Assembly: GCF_009914755.1 (NCBI RefSeq)
Contig: NC_060931.1
DNA: 64,000 bases
Strand: one strand, 5' to 3'
Source: the human T2T-CHM13v2.0 reference genome, Homo sapiens
The notes beneath the pieces were generated by a model. It was given only the letters and a program-made list of their open reading frames with translations. It made no database searches and was not told the origin of the DNA. Of the stretch, positions 27,875 to 45,390 are shown piece by piece (position 1 is the stretch's first letter; each line of letters begins with the position of its first letter). Made by a program: the position numbers and the translations under genes.

Positions 27875-30800
27875 CTACCTAATAGTGAATGAGAAGAATT
27901 AAATCAGAAAATATAAATGCATTAATAAACATACCATGTATTGGGCACCTCCCTGTGCCAGGCACTTCACCATCATCTCTAGTCCTCCAAAACACATGCT
28001 GTTTGCACCACATCATGCTGCCAGGCACATAGTTGGCTTGTTGATTTGTGTGTGTGTGTGTGACAAGATCTCATTCTGTCGCCCAGGCTGAAGTGCATTG
28101 GCATGATCATACTCATTGAAACCTCCAACTCCTGGGCTCAACAGATCCTCCTTCCTCAGCCTCTTGAGCAGCTATGACAATGGGCATGCACCACCACATC
28201 TGGCTAATTTTTTTTAAATGTTTTTGTAGAGACAGGGTCTCACTGTGTTACCCAGGCTAGTCTCAAACTCCTGACCTTAAGCAATCCCCCCACCTCAGCC
28301 TCCCAAAGTGCTGGGATTATAGGAGTGAGCCACCACACCCGGCCGGCTTGTTGAATTTGGGATATGAATATCATAGTCTTATTAACACCATGTTTATAAG
28401 CCATAATTGTCTTTATGAATGTATTCATTTTGGAAAAGTAAGTACTAAGGATGTTCAGCTTTCTGTGCTATGGATTATTATGTGTGGAGAAACAAGAAAA
28501 TGAGTCACAGTCCTCACTTAAATATTTTACCATCTAGTTAGAGATGAAGACAAGTATATTAATGTTACTGGCCCATATGACTAATCTTTGGAAAAACAAT
28601 CATATAAAGTCAAGATTCAGCACAGGGACCCAGGGTCCAAAAGATTTGCATTTGACTCCCAGCTCTATAACTTAGCCGTGTGATCACAGTCAAATTGCTT
28701 AACCTCTCCCTTTTCTCATCTGCAAAACAGGGAAATAATAGCACCCACCTCCATCATTTATTATACACAAAGAGATAATATGCCTGAAATATATCTAGCT
28801 AAGTAAAGACCTAATCAAATGTAAGCTGTGACTATTACCGTTTGTTGTTTGCTTCCTGCTTTTTACTATTGCAATTTCTAAGATCAGCCTTTTTCAAAAG
28901 ATTTTTCTTTCATCTTAAGGCTACCTGGGAACTGACTGTACCTACTACATACACCGTAACATGTATGTACTATATACAGCCATAATGGGGCAAGGAAAGA
29001 AAATGGAATGTGTAATATAAGAATAATGGCATATAGTCCTCAAAGACTGTGTTTTATATTTTGTCTCCATTAGATATTAACACAGTGCTATGTAATGGAG
29101 GAAACCCAAGAAATATTTTTTGCCTTGAAGAAAAGAACACAAACTCAGAAGTCACATGGATCTAAGATAAGACTTGCAAAGATTTAAATTCAATTCTGCC
29201 ATTTACTTCATATGAGGACCTTGAGAACCAGTTGATAGCATATCAGAAAAGCTAATTAATTTGCCATGGTTACCAGGAAAACAGGGCCTAGTCTCCAAAG
29301 TACAGCCAAATAGAGGAGCCAAATAAAAAAGAGGGAAATTTTTGTCATGCATCTTGTTTTTCTGAAATGTTATGTTTTAAAATATATCAATATTCAAAAC
29401 ACCATGTGCTTTATTGAGTTTTAACTCTTAATTTTGTCCTCTTTTTTCTGCTAGGGTGTTTTTGAGCAGACAAACAATTTCTTATTGCCAGGATACAGCC
29501 TGGAACTCTTAAGCACACCAGGCAAGCATATGTATGAAATAAAATTTCTACAAAGAAGAGATTCGTCAAAAAGCATCACTGGGACACCAACCAAGTGTAA
29601 GGCTCTGTGAGGAAAAGGGAATTTCAGAAAACTGTCATACCCAGCCACTGCCAGTGAGGATATGGTAATCTTCTTTGGGGACAGAGTGCACATTCCCCTG
29701 ATAAGTCTAGAAAGCATAGGATTAGGGCCCAGTGTCGGGCAGACAATACATATTACAGGAATTTAGGAGAGAGGCAAGTCACAAAAGGCTGAAGAGTTCA
29801 GGGAAAACCTCACAGAGGTGAGCCAGGGATGATTTCTGATGGCTGGAGAAGAGGAAAAGAAGAAATGTCACAAAGTGCACCATTATCAGAAAAAAGACAG
29901 AGAGTCAAACACTTTAGGTGGAACAGAAAGCTCCAGTCAGGAAATAATGAGATCGAATTATAAAAAGAACCAAAATGTCAAGCTAAGAAATTTGGAACTG
30001 ATCCAGAGAGTAGCTGGAAAGCTGCTGAATATTTTAAAGGGAAAAAAATTACAAAGTGAAAGCAGTTTTGGATTTGATTTTTTCAGTTTTCTTTATTTTG
30101 CTGAAAGGAAATAAGTTCACATAGTCTAAATTGAAAAAGTACAATAAATAGTGAAAGGTCTCCCTCCCACTTCGGTCCCCTGCTGCCTATTTTTCTCCCT
30201 GGAGGCAAACCAATGTTAGCAGCTTCTTATATATTCTTCCAGAGATAACTATGCCCATGGAAATAAAGACGCACATAAATTTTTCCCTCCTCCTTTGTAA
30301 ATGAGATGCGTAGACACTTATTTACCTTGCATTTTTCACTCCAAAATATAACTTACAGATTATTTTGCATGAATACATAAAAAAGGTCCTCGTTCACTTT
30401 TTTAAATTATGCTATGAAAATTCAACATTCACTCTTTTTTAAATAGATGCATTGGTACAAAAGAATATACAGGCGAAATTGTCTCTAACTCTTCTGCAAC
30501 TTGCTGCGCTGTTCTCCCTGGAGGCGGTGTCTAGTTTCTTATATATCCCTCCAGAGATATTCTAGGCATATGGAAATAAATACACACACATCCTTCCCCT
30601 CTCTTTTAAAATAAACAAATCGGATGCAAACTATACACTCAATGTAACACCTGTCCTTTTTATTTAAAAATATTTTTAGAAACCCAAATAAAGTCTTTAT
30701 TTGAATTAATAGTATTGCACCATGTTAATTTCCTGGCTTTGACAATGTATCATGATTATGTATAATGTTATCAACTGGGGAAACAGAGTGAAGGACACAC

Positions 30801-31716
30801 AAGAACTCTCTGTACTATTTTAGGAACTTCCTGTGAGTCTTGAAGTATATGTCAAAATAAAAAGTATTATAAATATTTCTTGGTGATTATTCCATATCAA
30901 CACATAGCTTCCTTTTTTTTATAGATGCACAGTACTGTCACACCTTTAATAAATAATTTTTAAAATTTATCCTCTAAGAAGGCAAACTATTTCAGATTTT
31001 CTTAGCACTGAAAATTGATGACAGTGTCCATCACTGTATGTCCCATCTCTGACTCCATAGTTAAGAGTTGTCTGTGGACCCAATTATGTAACCACAATAA
31101 AAATTCTAACAAGAGAGCAGTGGCCAGGGAATCAGGGGCACCCAGTTCTCCTCCTAGTCCAGCTGCTTGCTACTTGTTTGACATTGAGCATATCACTTAG
31201 CCTTCTAGTCTTGGTTCCCTCACCTGTGACACTGGGATTAACCACCTGGTTACTTCCCAATTAGGTTGAGTGTTCAATGAGATGATACCTGTAACAGTTG
31301 TTTATTTGAGTTGAATCCACTGTGGAAATAAAAAATCTGGCAAGTATGATTTTCACCTAGAGGCTGTATCATAATCCTGTGTGTGCAATCATAGAAGTCA
31401 TAGGATTTATCTCATGACAGATTCTATCTCAGTTTAAGGAGCATCAAAAAGAGCTGCACCCTAGTCCATATTATTTTTGTTTTACAAATAATATGGCTTT
31501 CTGGGCCCTTCTGTTTTCTAATCCAGTCACTAATGACTATCAGAAGGTATGCCACACAGTAATAATGGTAAATAAAATACTTGCATTTGGTAGCCATTCT
31601 GCCTCAAAAGGATAATAACAATAGTAATAATAATGAACCCATCCAACAAGTTGACCCCTTTGTGGTAGTACATTTAGTAGGAAAATCATTTTGCTGGACA
31701 CATCAAGAAGCAATTT

Positions 31717-32899
<1,183 letters not shown>

Positions 32900-33407
32900 G
32901 TAGTTAGTTCCTGGAAGCACTATGTGGCCACAGTGCCAGGTTCTGCAGATAAATTATTTAAGAGGAGTACTGAGAACAAAGCCACTGCTTTTGGAAATTA
33001 GGAAGTCACAAGTCACAATACTGTAAGACAATTTTGTGGGATTTAAGATATAAAACCAGATCTCCAGGGACTAAGTAGGTGGAGGGTGAAAAAGCAACGC
33101 AGTAAGCTCTTTTCTTTATTTCTTCCCCTACCCAGCTGTCTTGTATGTGACTACAGTCAGGTGGAGACATCTGCTTTGCTTCCAACAGAAGCAGAATTAT
33201 TATCACTGAAACAAAAAGAAGTGGAAACAGTCCATTTCAGCTTTTAAAAAATTTTTCATAAGTGGTTTATGAATTAAAATATGAGGCCCGGGGAGGAAGT
33301 CGGGAGCAGGGCACAGAGCTAACACCAAAGGACTGGAGCCTGGGATAGGAAAGAAGAGAAAGAGGTGACCGCATCCCCTGCTCCTAGGAGACCTAGGGAA
33401 GGGATGA

Positions 33408-33962
<555 letters not shown>

Positions 33963-34822
33963 TAAATATCAGCCTCTCAGAGGGGCCTCCCCAACCACCC
34001 TGTGTAAAATAAGACCTCTTTTCCCAATTGCTCTCAGTTTTATTTTCCTGGTTTTATTGACCTTTCCAACACCTACAATACACATCAAGGGGTACGTTGC
34101 CACCTGAGTTCCTATCTCTAACAAAACATAACAAAATATAAGCATTAACAAAAATATAAAATGTTTTGCAATGTCACTTGTACATTTCTCTCTATTCTAA
34201 GGAATTTTGCATGCTTACTGCAGGGTAACAGTTCTACTGGAAGGTAGAAGTTCCCCTCTCAGGGCCTCAAATGAAGAAAGAAAAGTTGAAATTGGGTATT
34301 ATCACAGACAGGAACTTTCATTTTAAAAGAGAAAGTCGAGTCACCTTGTCCTTTGGGACGCAGTGGCCAGGTCACATACGCAGAGCTTCCCCACAGAAGC
34401 CCCGGCTAAAACTAGGTCAGATTGGATCAGGGATTCTCCACCATTCAGACTTTTAAAACAAAAGCAACATCCCAAGGGGAGGGCTTAGAAGCCACTGTAG
34501 TTAACATCTTATTAAATAACCACCATTCTATTTTTAATAGAAATATCACATAGTAGCAAGCATGCATAATTCCTCAGAAGAGAAAAATATATTTTAAAAA
34601 TTGTCTCCAGGCACAGTGGTGCACACCTGTAGCCCCAGCTACTCAGGAGGCTGAGATGGGAGGATCACTTAAGCCTAGGACTTTGAGGATGTAGTAAGCT
34701 ATCGATTGTACCATGACACTCCAGCCTGCCTAACAGTGAGACCCCGTTTCTAAAAAAATTAAAATTTAAAATTGCAGAAATATGTATATATCTTTCTCCC
34801 AGAGAGGATTTCTCTCTCGTCA

Positions 34823-35275
<453 letters not shown>

Positions 35276-35441
35276 TCATATAGGAGCTCATCTTTGGGTA
35301 CCCCCGCATCCCTGAACACTAAGGGCCTTAGTGCCCAAAGGGATGGAGCCCTAACACTTTACTTGGGTGGGGTTAAACAATAGTCAATCCCTCTCCTGCT
35401 ACATGCCCAACTCACTTCTTTGCCCTGGGGGCTGATTATAA

Positions 35442-35845
<404 letters not shown>

Positions 35846-36409
35846 TGAGGCAGAGAGAGGAAAGTCAGTAGAAGAAAGATGGAGGAGAGGCCATACCAAA
35901 ATTCAAACTCAGAGCGATTGCTTTGAATTCAGAGACTCTTATCAAAGGGGGAAGCTCATCTCCATGAACAGTGACTCCTGCCACTAGTGGGATGACCTGG
36001 GACATAATTGGGGAGATAAATTAGAATGAAAGCCTCCAGCTAGTAGCAGCCGCTAGCGTGGCAGGAGGGGACAGTGATGAGCACCACAGTGCGGTGGGGA
36101 GAGCTAGCACAGGACAGCTCTCTCTCAAACCATACAGAATATGGGGAACTGGCTGCTTTTAAGCAGTGAGAGCTGCTCATTATCATCTGCCTTCCCTCAC
36201 TGCATACACACACACGCACACGCACACGCACACGCACAGCAAGACTTCTTTAAGTCCTTCCCTCCAGCAATAGAAGATGTACCCCTCGGGCCGTGCATGG
36301 TAGCTCACAACTGTAATCCCAGCATTTTGGGAGGCCAAGGCAGGTGGATCACCTGAGGTCGGGAGTTCGAGACCAGCCTGACCAACATGGAGAAACCTCA
36401 TCTCTACTA

Positions 36410-36568
<159 letters not shown>

Positions 36569-37501
36569 TCAAAAAAAAAAAAAAAAAATTACCCCTCGAC
36601 CGTCCACATGCTGGGTTCCAGAGCAGGAGAAGGAATTCTTGAGAGGTAACAGAAGGAAAAGGAAGGAACTTCTGAGAGTTAGGAGGTGAGACTTTCCCCA
36701 GGACCAGGTCACCCAGCGGGCTTGGTAGTCCTACAGTGGTGTAGTTTCCGGGTAGAAAAAAATCCGTTAAAGCCTAAGACCTAGTTATCACTAGTTTAGG
36801 GATAGGAGAGCCCTAAGTAGTAGTGAAGAACCTTGAGAGAAACATAAACTTTTACTAGAGGGAGTGTGAAAGGGTTGTCATCTTTTTTGAAAGACTGTGT
36901 TTTTCTTTTTGTTGTTGTTGTTTCTCAATACACTCATTTATTTATTCACCCAACCAATACAGTAGTTATTAAGTGCCTGCTATGTGTTAGGCATTGCTTA
37001 AAGACTAGAAAATATAACAATAAAAAAGATAAAGTTTCTGCTTCTGTGGACTTTGTATTCTAATGGCGGATAATAGTAACAATAAGCAGTCAACCATAAT
37101 ACCAGCAGCAAATACTTACATGGTGCTTCCCATGAGCCAGCCCCTTTCCTAAACTCTTTCTACACATTACCTCATTTTATCTTTATCACAACCTATACAG
37201 CAGGTACTGCTATTATCCTTATTTTACAAATAAGGACATTAAGGCATAGGCAAGCTAAGCAACCTGTTCAAGTATACAGAGTTAAAAAGTAACAGAATGG
37301 GGATTTGAATCCAGGAAGTTAAATTTTAGAGTTCATGTATTTGACTAATATAGATACATATAGATATAGATACGTATTGGTGTAGATAGGGGGGTGGAGG
37401 GAGAAAGACATGGGGAGAGAGAGAGATAAGGAAATAACTCCCCCACCGTTCTAGAGGATAGAAGACCTCTAAACAGAAATGATAATCTTCAAAGGCACTT
37501 A

Positions 37502-38069
<568 letters not shown>

Positions 38070-38317
38070 TCACTGCAACCTCCACCTCCTGGGTACAAGC
38101 GATTCTTGTGCCTTGCCAGTAGCTGGGATTACAGGTGCCTGCTACCAGGCCTGGCTAATTTTTGTATCTTTAGTAGAGACTGGGTTTCACCAAGTTGGCC
38201 AGGCTAGTTTTGAACTCCCGACCTCAAGTAATCTGCCCACCTAGGCCTCCCAAAGAGCTGGGATTACAGGCCTGAGCCACCGCACTGGCCAGAGGGAGCT
38301 TTTTTAAAAATAGAGTG

Positions 38318-38713
<396 letters not shown>

Positions 38714-40002
38714 TCAGGTTTCAGCAGCAAACTCCAGAGACGACGTAAGACTGGGAACAGTTGCATCTCAGCGGTCACTGTCCTGAGGGCAGTTCAGACC
38801 CCAGCAGAGGCCAGTGAGGATGTGCATCAACCCCGTAACCCTGTTTCCCTTCCCCTGCCGTAAGCACCTCCCTCCCCCCGCCACACACATGCACCAGATG
38901 CCATCTGGAGAGGCAAAGGGAAGGGGAGCAGAAACCCGAAAGACTAAGTCTGTTACAAAAATAGACTGAACATTTACCTCAAACGCCTGTTTAAATTATT
39001 GAATCTGAATAAATTACTTGACTGGACTAAAGTGTGAGACCTGCAAGGCACCTCAAGCCCTATCCAGCAGAACATGGGCTCAACAGGAAGCGCAGACCAG
39101 CAACAGAAAAATACAGAGTAACTCTGTTCTCAAGCCAGCATTTGTGACGCTGCTGCCCCAACTTGAAGACTACATTTGGCAAGGAGAGGAGAAAGGACAC
39201 AGGATGGAAGCAAAAGGAACCTAAACAGGCCCTGTTGCTTTTCTGGAAGGCAGGAAGTCATGTTCACACAGATGCTTAGGAATGTCACGGGTTAGGAACT
39301 GAATACACATTGTGTACTTCTCTGGAAAGAATAAAAGGATTATTCATTTTTCATTATAATTTCTCTAAAGCAAAAAGCATGATTTAGGAGTAGCCATTTG
39401 TGGCATTGCCGCATTCAATTACCCAGCACAGATCTGGATGGGCCTGGCAGCTATTTCCAGGCTCCCACATGTGGGTCATAAATATGCGTTAATCGAAAAG
39501 GACAAAGCAATCAAGTGGCTTTACGTCATTTATTACCATTTCTGTGAGGGTCAATTGTTAGTAACTGCCTGCATGTGGCTCAGGCAGCCTGGGCTTTATA
39601 TGCAGAAATTAAGCAGTCACAATTCCTACCCTCTTGAAATTTAAACTTGGCAATGTTGATTTGAACAATTACGTAAAAAAAAAAAGGAACCAAACAAAGC
39701 TTCACCTGCAATTATTCTCCCACACGCCCACTCCGAGATCCAGCCACAGGGAAGCTCTTTCTCATGTCCACTCAGAAATTCTGTACAAGCTGTTCTCACT
39801 ACCTGGAACTCCATCCAGATTATAGTAGACACTTGGAACGTGGTGCTGGCTTATACTCTTCCAGGAACTGAAAAGTGGGGGCCTTTTCCTGTAAAACAGG
39901 GATAGGCCCACACTGTTGGACACCTAGCCAATTGTTATTACTCCATGGCATCTTTTCTACAAAAGTACTCTGTTTTTATTTAGAGTGGTAATGTGCCTAG
40001 CG

Positions 40003-40003
<1 letters not shown>

Positions 40004-40040
<37 letters not shown>
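40004..40040. repeat. (TTG)n microsatellite derived from an Alu tail
   Basis: About 12 TTG units preceding the antisense Alu at 40037-40308. Confidence 0.95.
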
Positions 40041-40344
40041 TGAGACTGAGTTTCGCTCTTGTTGCCCAGACTGGAATGCTCACTGCAACATCCGTCTCCC
40101 GGGTTCAAGCAATTCTCCTGCCTCAGCCTCCCAAGTAGCAAGGATTACAGGTATGCGCCACCACGCCCAGCTAATTTTTGTATTTTTGGTAGAGACGGGG
40201 TTTCATCATCATGTTGGCCAGGCTGGTCTCGAACTCCTGACCTCAGGTGATCCGCCCGCCTCAGCCTCCCAAACTGCTGAAATTACAGTTGTGAGCCACT
40301 GTACCCGGCGTTGTTTTTTTTTTTTAATGTGTTTCTCAGTATCA

Positions 40345-40710
40345 TTTTCAGCTAGAGGAGGGCATGTAACACAGTTCTGGCCAATGAGATGTAAAGGGAA
40401 TCACCAAGTAGGGCTTCTAGGAAAAAACAGTTTTTAAAAGGGCTACCTCAGTTGACATTCACCTTTGCCCTTTGCCCTTCGCCCTTCTTGGTCTTCTTGA
40501 GAATGCAGATGAGAATGCAGGATGTGTGACCACGAGGAGTTAATTAGAAGGGCTAAAGCTATATTTTAAGGATGGCTGAACAGAAAGAAAGATCCTGGGT
40601 CCCTTTGAACCAGTTCTGAACTGTTGTGTGAGGAAAATGAGATCTCTATTTGGTTAAGCCCCTGTAGTCAGATTTTTATTATGTGTAGCCAAATGCAATC
40701 CTTAATTGGT
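40345..40710 (+). mobile_element. LTR16-like ERVL LTR fragment
   Basis: CAGCTAGAGG...CAGTTCTGGCCAATGAGATGTAA...TAGCCAAATGCAATCC motifs. Confidence 0.55.
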
Positions 40711-41100
40711 TCTAGGAATGATAGAAGTGAGACTATATAAATTAGGTGGCCACTGTGGCTGGTGCTCACTTTTTGACAGTGCTTTCTTCCTCTTGGGCAC
40801 CTGTAGTTGTCTGCAGAATTTGGAGCAATGGTAGCACAGTGGAATTTTCTCCAGTTCAATCGTGGGCACTTAACCATTAAGTGGGGGCCTAAGATGCACC
40901 AGACGCAGTGCTAGGTGCTGTGAGTACAAGCCTCTGCCCTCATGGCACTGATGTTCTATTCAGGGAAGAGGAAAAAAAACAAACATGCAAACAAGAAAAG
41001 GAAGTTAGGGCACTGTGAAGAGAAAAACAGATTAGGGAGGACAGGCATGCTGGGTGAGATGAGGGGAGTTGGCACTTTATACGAGGCAGTTCTAACGTGG

Positions 41101-41499
41101 TGTCTTAGTGGACTTGGGCTGTTATAACAGAGGACCACAGACTGGGGGCTTACATAACAGAAACTCACTGTCTCACAGTTCTGAAAGCTCCAAGTCCAAG
41201 ATCAAGGTACCAGCAGGGATGGTTGCTGGTGAGGACTCTCTTCCTGGAGTATGGGCAGCTGCCTTCTCGCAGTGCCTCACATGGTCTTTCCTCTGTTCAT
41301 GTGTGCCGGGGAGAGAGAAGGGCCTCTGGTATCTCTTCCTCTTCTTATAAGGACACCAGTCCTGTTGGATTAGGGCCCCTCTCTCAAAACCTCATCTAAC
41401 CTCCCAAAAGGCCGAATCTCTAAATACTGTCTAGTCAGTCACATGGAGGGTTAGGGCTTCAACCTATGCATTTTGGGGGAACACAATTCAGCCATAATA
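41101..41499 (-). mobile_element. MLT1A-type MaLR solo LTR
   Basis: TGTCTTAGT...CTCACAGTTCTG...CCAAGATCAAGG...ACACAATTCAGCCATAATA. Confidence 0.8.
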
Positions 41500-41519
41500 G
41501 GTGGCTTATGACTGGAGAC

Positions 41520-42590
41520 CTCAAGGAAGAGACAGTGCAGGCCAAAATGAAACCTGGGGGAAGAGCATTCTGGGCAGAGGAACAGCAAGTGCTAAGGCCC
41601 AGAGGCAGGCATGTTTGCTACATTCAAAATACAGCAAGGAGGCCAGTGTACATGGAGCAAATGTGAAAAGGACAGAGTGTCAGGAAGTAGGACAGACAGC
41701 AGATGGAGGCCACATCATGTACAGCCATGTAAGCCGCTGAAAGGACTTTGACTTTACACTGAAAGAAATGAGAGGCCACTCAAGAATTCTAGGCAGAGAA
41801 ATAACATGATCACACTTACGTTTTAAGAGTTCACTCTTTTGTGTGGAGAATAACCTGCAGGTGCAAAGATGGAAGGAAAGTACCATAGAGAGCTGTTAAA
41901 ATCATCAGGAAAGGTGACCATGGAAACTTGGACTAGGGTGGTTGAGAAGTGGTCAGAGTTGGGGTTTAGAGGTAGAGCTGGGATTGCTGCAATGGACAGA
42001 TGTAAGGTGTAAGAGCAGGAGGGGAGTATGGGATGCTGCCCAGGTTTCTGCCACAGGCATCTGAAGAATGAAATAGCTATTTACTTCAGTGGGGTTACTG
42101 GTGGCAAGATCAGTTTTTGAGGGCGAAAAATCAAGAATTCAGTTTTGGATAAGTTAATTCTGAGATGCCTTTTAGAAACCTAAGTGCAAATGTTGAGTGG
42201 GCAGTTGGAGAGATGAGTCTGCAAGTCAGGAAATAGTCTAGGCCTGTGACAGAAATGTAAGATTCATCAAATAAAAATGTCATTTCACACCGTATGACTA
42301 AACGAAGCCATCACCTAGACAGGAGTGGATCAAGGAGAGCAGAGATCTGAGGACTGAGCCCTGGAGAGCTCTGCAGTAAAAGGCGGGCAAAATGAAAAGG
42401 ATCCAGTCACAGAGGCAGAAAAGAGGCAGGCAGGAGGCTGGATAAAGACAGAGAAGGTGTGGTGACCTGGAAGCCAAATGAAGAGTGTCTCAAGGAGAGA
42501 GTGATCACACAACTGAGATGAAGGTTCACTAAGGCAAAGACCAAAATCACTGCTGCCCTCAAAAAGAGCTGTTTTTATGGAGTGGTGGAC
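41520..42590 (-). mobile_element. L2 LINE fragment
   Basis: Purine-rich L2 3'-region motifs (AGCATTCTGGGCAGAGGAACAGCAAGTGC, AAGGACTTTGACTTTA, GAATTCAGTTTTGGA, GAGGACTGAGCCCTGG). Confidence 0.75.
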
Positions 42591-42913
42591 TGGTGTATTA
42601 CTTAGCTACTGCTGTGTAACAAGCTACCCCAACCTAACAGCTGAAAGCAATAAACATTCACTATCTCCCAGCTTCTGTTGGTCAGAAATCTGGGTATGGC
42701 TTGGCTCATGGTCTTCCACAAGGGTAGGATCCTCACGTTGGCTGGGGTGAGAATGGTCTCAAGCCCGACAGGAAGGATCTGCTTCCAAGTTTGCTCATCT
42801 GGCTTTTGGCAGGGCTCAGATCCCTGCTGGCTGCTGGCCTGGGACACCTATTCCATGCCAAGTAGGTCTCCCCATAGGGCAGCTCAAAACAGGGCAACTT
42901 GCTTCCCCTAGAG

Positions 42914-43263
42914 CAGTGGTACCCAAACTTTTTTTGCACCAGGGACCAGTTTCTTGGAAGGCAATTTTTCCACAGACCCGTGGGGGCTCGGGGGGTGGGT
43001 GGGGAGGTAGTGATGAAACTGTCCCACTTCAGATCATTAGGCATTAGATTATCGTAAGGAGTGTGCAACCTAGATCCCTCACATGTGCAGTTCATCACAG
43101 GGTTAGCACTTCTATGAAAATCAAATGCCACAGCTGATCTGACAGGAGGCAGAGCTCAGGTGGTAATGCTCACTCACCCATCGTTCGCCTCCTGCTGTGC
43201 TGCCCGGTTCCTGACAGGCCTCGGACTGATACCAGTCTGCAGCCTGGGGGTTGGGGACCCCTG
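42914..43263. mobile_element. MER1B hAT-Charlie DNA transposon nested in an MLT1 LTR (42594-43350)
   Basis: CAGTGGTACCCAAAC...GGTTGGGGACCCCTG TIRs; 8-bp TSD CCCTAGAG/TCCTAGAG. Confidence 0.9.
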
Positions 43264-43659
43264 TCCTAGAGCAAATAATCTACAAGAGAAAGAGGCAGCT
43301 TACAGTGGAAGCTATAGTCTTTTGCAACCTAATCTTGGAAGTGACATCACGTCACCTTTTTTTTTTTTTTTGAGACAGGGTCTTGCTCTATTGTCCAGGC
43401 TGGAGTACGGTACTATAATCACAGCTCACTGCAACCTCCAGCTCCTGGCTCAAGTGATCCTCCTGCCTCAGCCTCCTGAGTAGCTAAGACTACAGGTGTG
43501 TACCACCACACCTGGCTAATTTTCTAATTTTTTGTAGAGTTAAGGTCTCACTCTGTTGCCCAGGCTGGTCTTGAACTCCTGGCCTCAAGCAATCCTACTG
43601 CCTCAGCCTCTCAAAGCACTGGGATTACAGGTGTGAGACATCACACCCAGCCCACATCA

Positions 43660-45390
43660 CTTTTTTTAAAAAGACTACAGTTTTTAGAGCAGTTTTAGGC
43701 TCACAGCAAAATTGAGCAGAAAATGGAGAGTTCCCACATGCCCTCATCCCTCCTCCCCACAGCCTCCCCTACCATGATATCCCACACCAGCATGGTGCGT
43801 TTGTTACAGGTGGTGAAACATTGACACATCACTGATAACCCAAATCCATAGTCTACATCAGGGTTCACTCTGTGTTACACATTCTACAGGTTTTCACAAC
43901 TATATAATGACATGTATCTACCCTTATAGTGTCATACAGAACAGTTTTACTGCTCTAAAAATTCTCTCTTCAGCTGGTGTGGTGGTTTGCACCTTTAATC
44001 TCAGCTACTTGAGAGGTTGAGGTAGGAGGATCCTTGAGCCCAGGAGTCTGAGGCTGTGTGAGCTATGATCTCATCACTGCACTACGGCCTCAGTGATAGG
44101 ACAAGACCTCATCTCTAAAAATAAAATTAAAAAAAAAAAATTCCCCATTCCACTTATTCATCCCTCCCTATCCCCAACCCCTGGCAACTACTGATCTTTT
44201 CACTGTCTCCATAGTTTTGCCTTTTCCAAGATGTTAGTTGGAATCATACAATATGTAGCCTTTCCAGATTGGCTTGTTTCACTTAGCAGTGGGCTTTTTT
44301 TTTTTTTCCTTTGGAGACACAGTTTCACTCTGTCACCCAGGCTGGAGCCCAGGCTGTGCAGTGACACAGTCTTGGCTCACTGCAACCTCCGCCTCCCTGG
44401 TTCAAGCTATTCTCGTGCCTCAGCCTCTCTAACTAGCTGGGATTACAGGCATGCACCACCATGCCCGGCTAATTTTGTATTATTAGTAGAGGCAGGGTTT
44501 CATCATGTTGGCCAGGCTGGTCTCGAATTCCTGACCTCAAGTGATCCACCCACCTTGGCCACCCAAAGTGCTGGGATTACAGGTGTGAGCCACCGCACCA
44601 GACCTTTTTGGAGTTTTTTTTTGGAGACAGGATCTCACTGTGTTGCCCAGGCTGGAATGCAGTGGTGCAATTTTGGTTCACTGTAGCCTCAACCTCCTGG
44701 GCTTAAGTGATCCTCCTGTCTCAGTCTCCTAAGTAGGTGGGACCACAGGCACCCACCACCATGCTGGGCTAATTTTTAAATTTTTTATAGAAATAGAGTC
44801 TTGCCATGTTGCCTAGGCTGGTCTCGGACTCCTGGGCTAAAGTGATCCTCCTGCCTTGGCCTCCCAAAGTGCTAGTATTACAGGTGTGAGCCACCATACC
44901 TGGTAAGTAATAGGCCTTTAAGGCTCCTGCATGTCTTTTTGTGATTTGATAGAGCATTTGTTTTTAGCACTGAATAATATTTCATTGTCTGGATGTACCA
45001 CAGTTTATTTATCCATTCACCTACTTAAGGACATCTTGGTTGCTTCCAAGTTTTGGCAATTATGAATAAAGCTAATACATTCACGTGCAAGCCTTTGTGT
45101 GGACATAAGTTTTCAACTTCTTTGAGTAAATACCAAAGACCACAATTGCTGGATCTTATGGTAAGAGTTTGTTTAGTTTTGTAAGAAACCACCATACTGT
45201 CTTCCAAAGTGCCTGTACCATTTTGCATTCCCAGCAATGAATGAGCGTTCCTGTTGCTCCACACCCTCACTTACATTTGTAATGGTCAGTGTTTTGAATT
45301 TCAGCCATTCTAGAAGGTATGTAGTGGGATCTGAGTGTTGTTTCAGTTTGCAATTCCCTAATGACTTACAATGCTTAGCATCTTTTCTAA
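43660..45390 (-). mobile_element. L1M (L1MB/MC-like) 3' fragment interrupted by three Alus
   Basis: TTTTAGAGCAGTTTTAGG...CCCTGGCAACTACTGATC...GGTTGCTTCCAAGTTTTGGCAATTATGAATAAAGCT...TGCATTCCCAGCAATGAATGAG. Confidence 0.8.
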
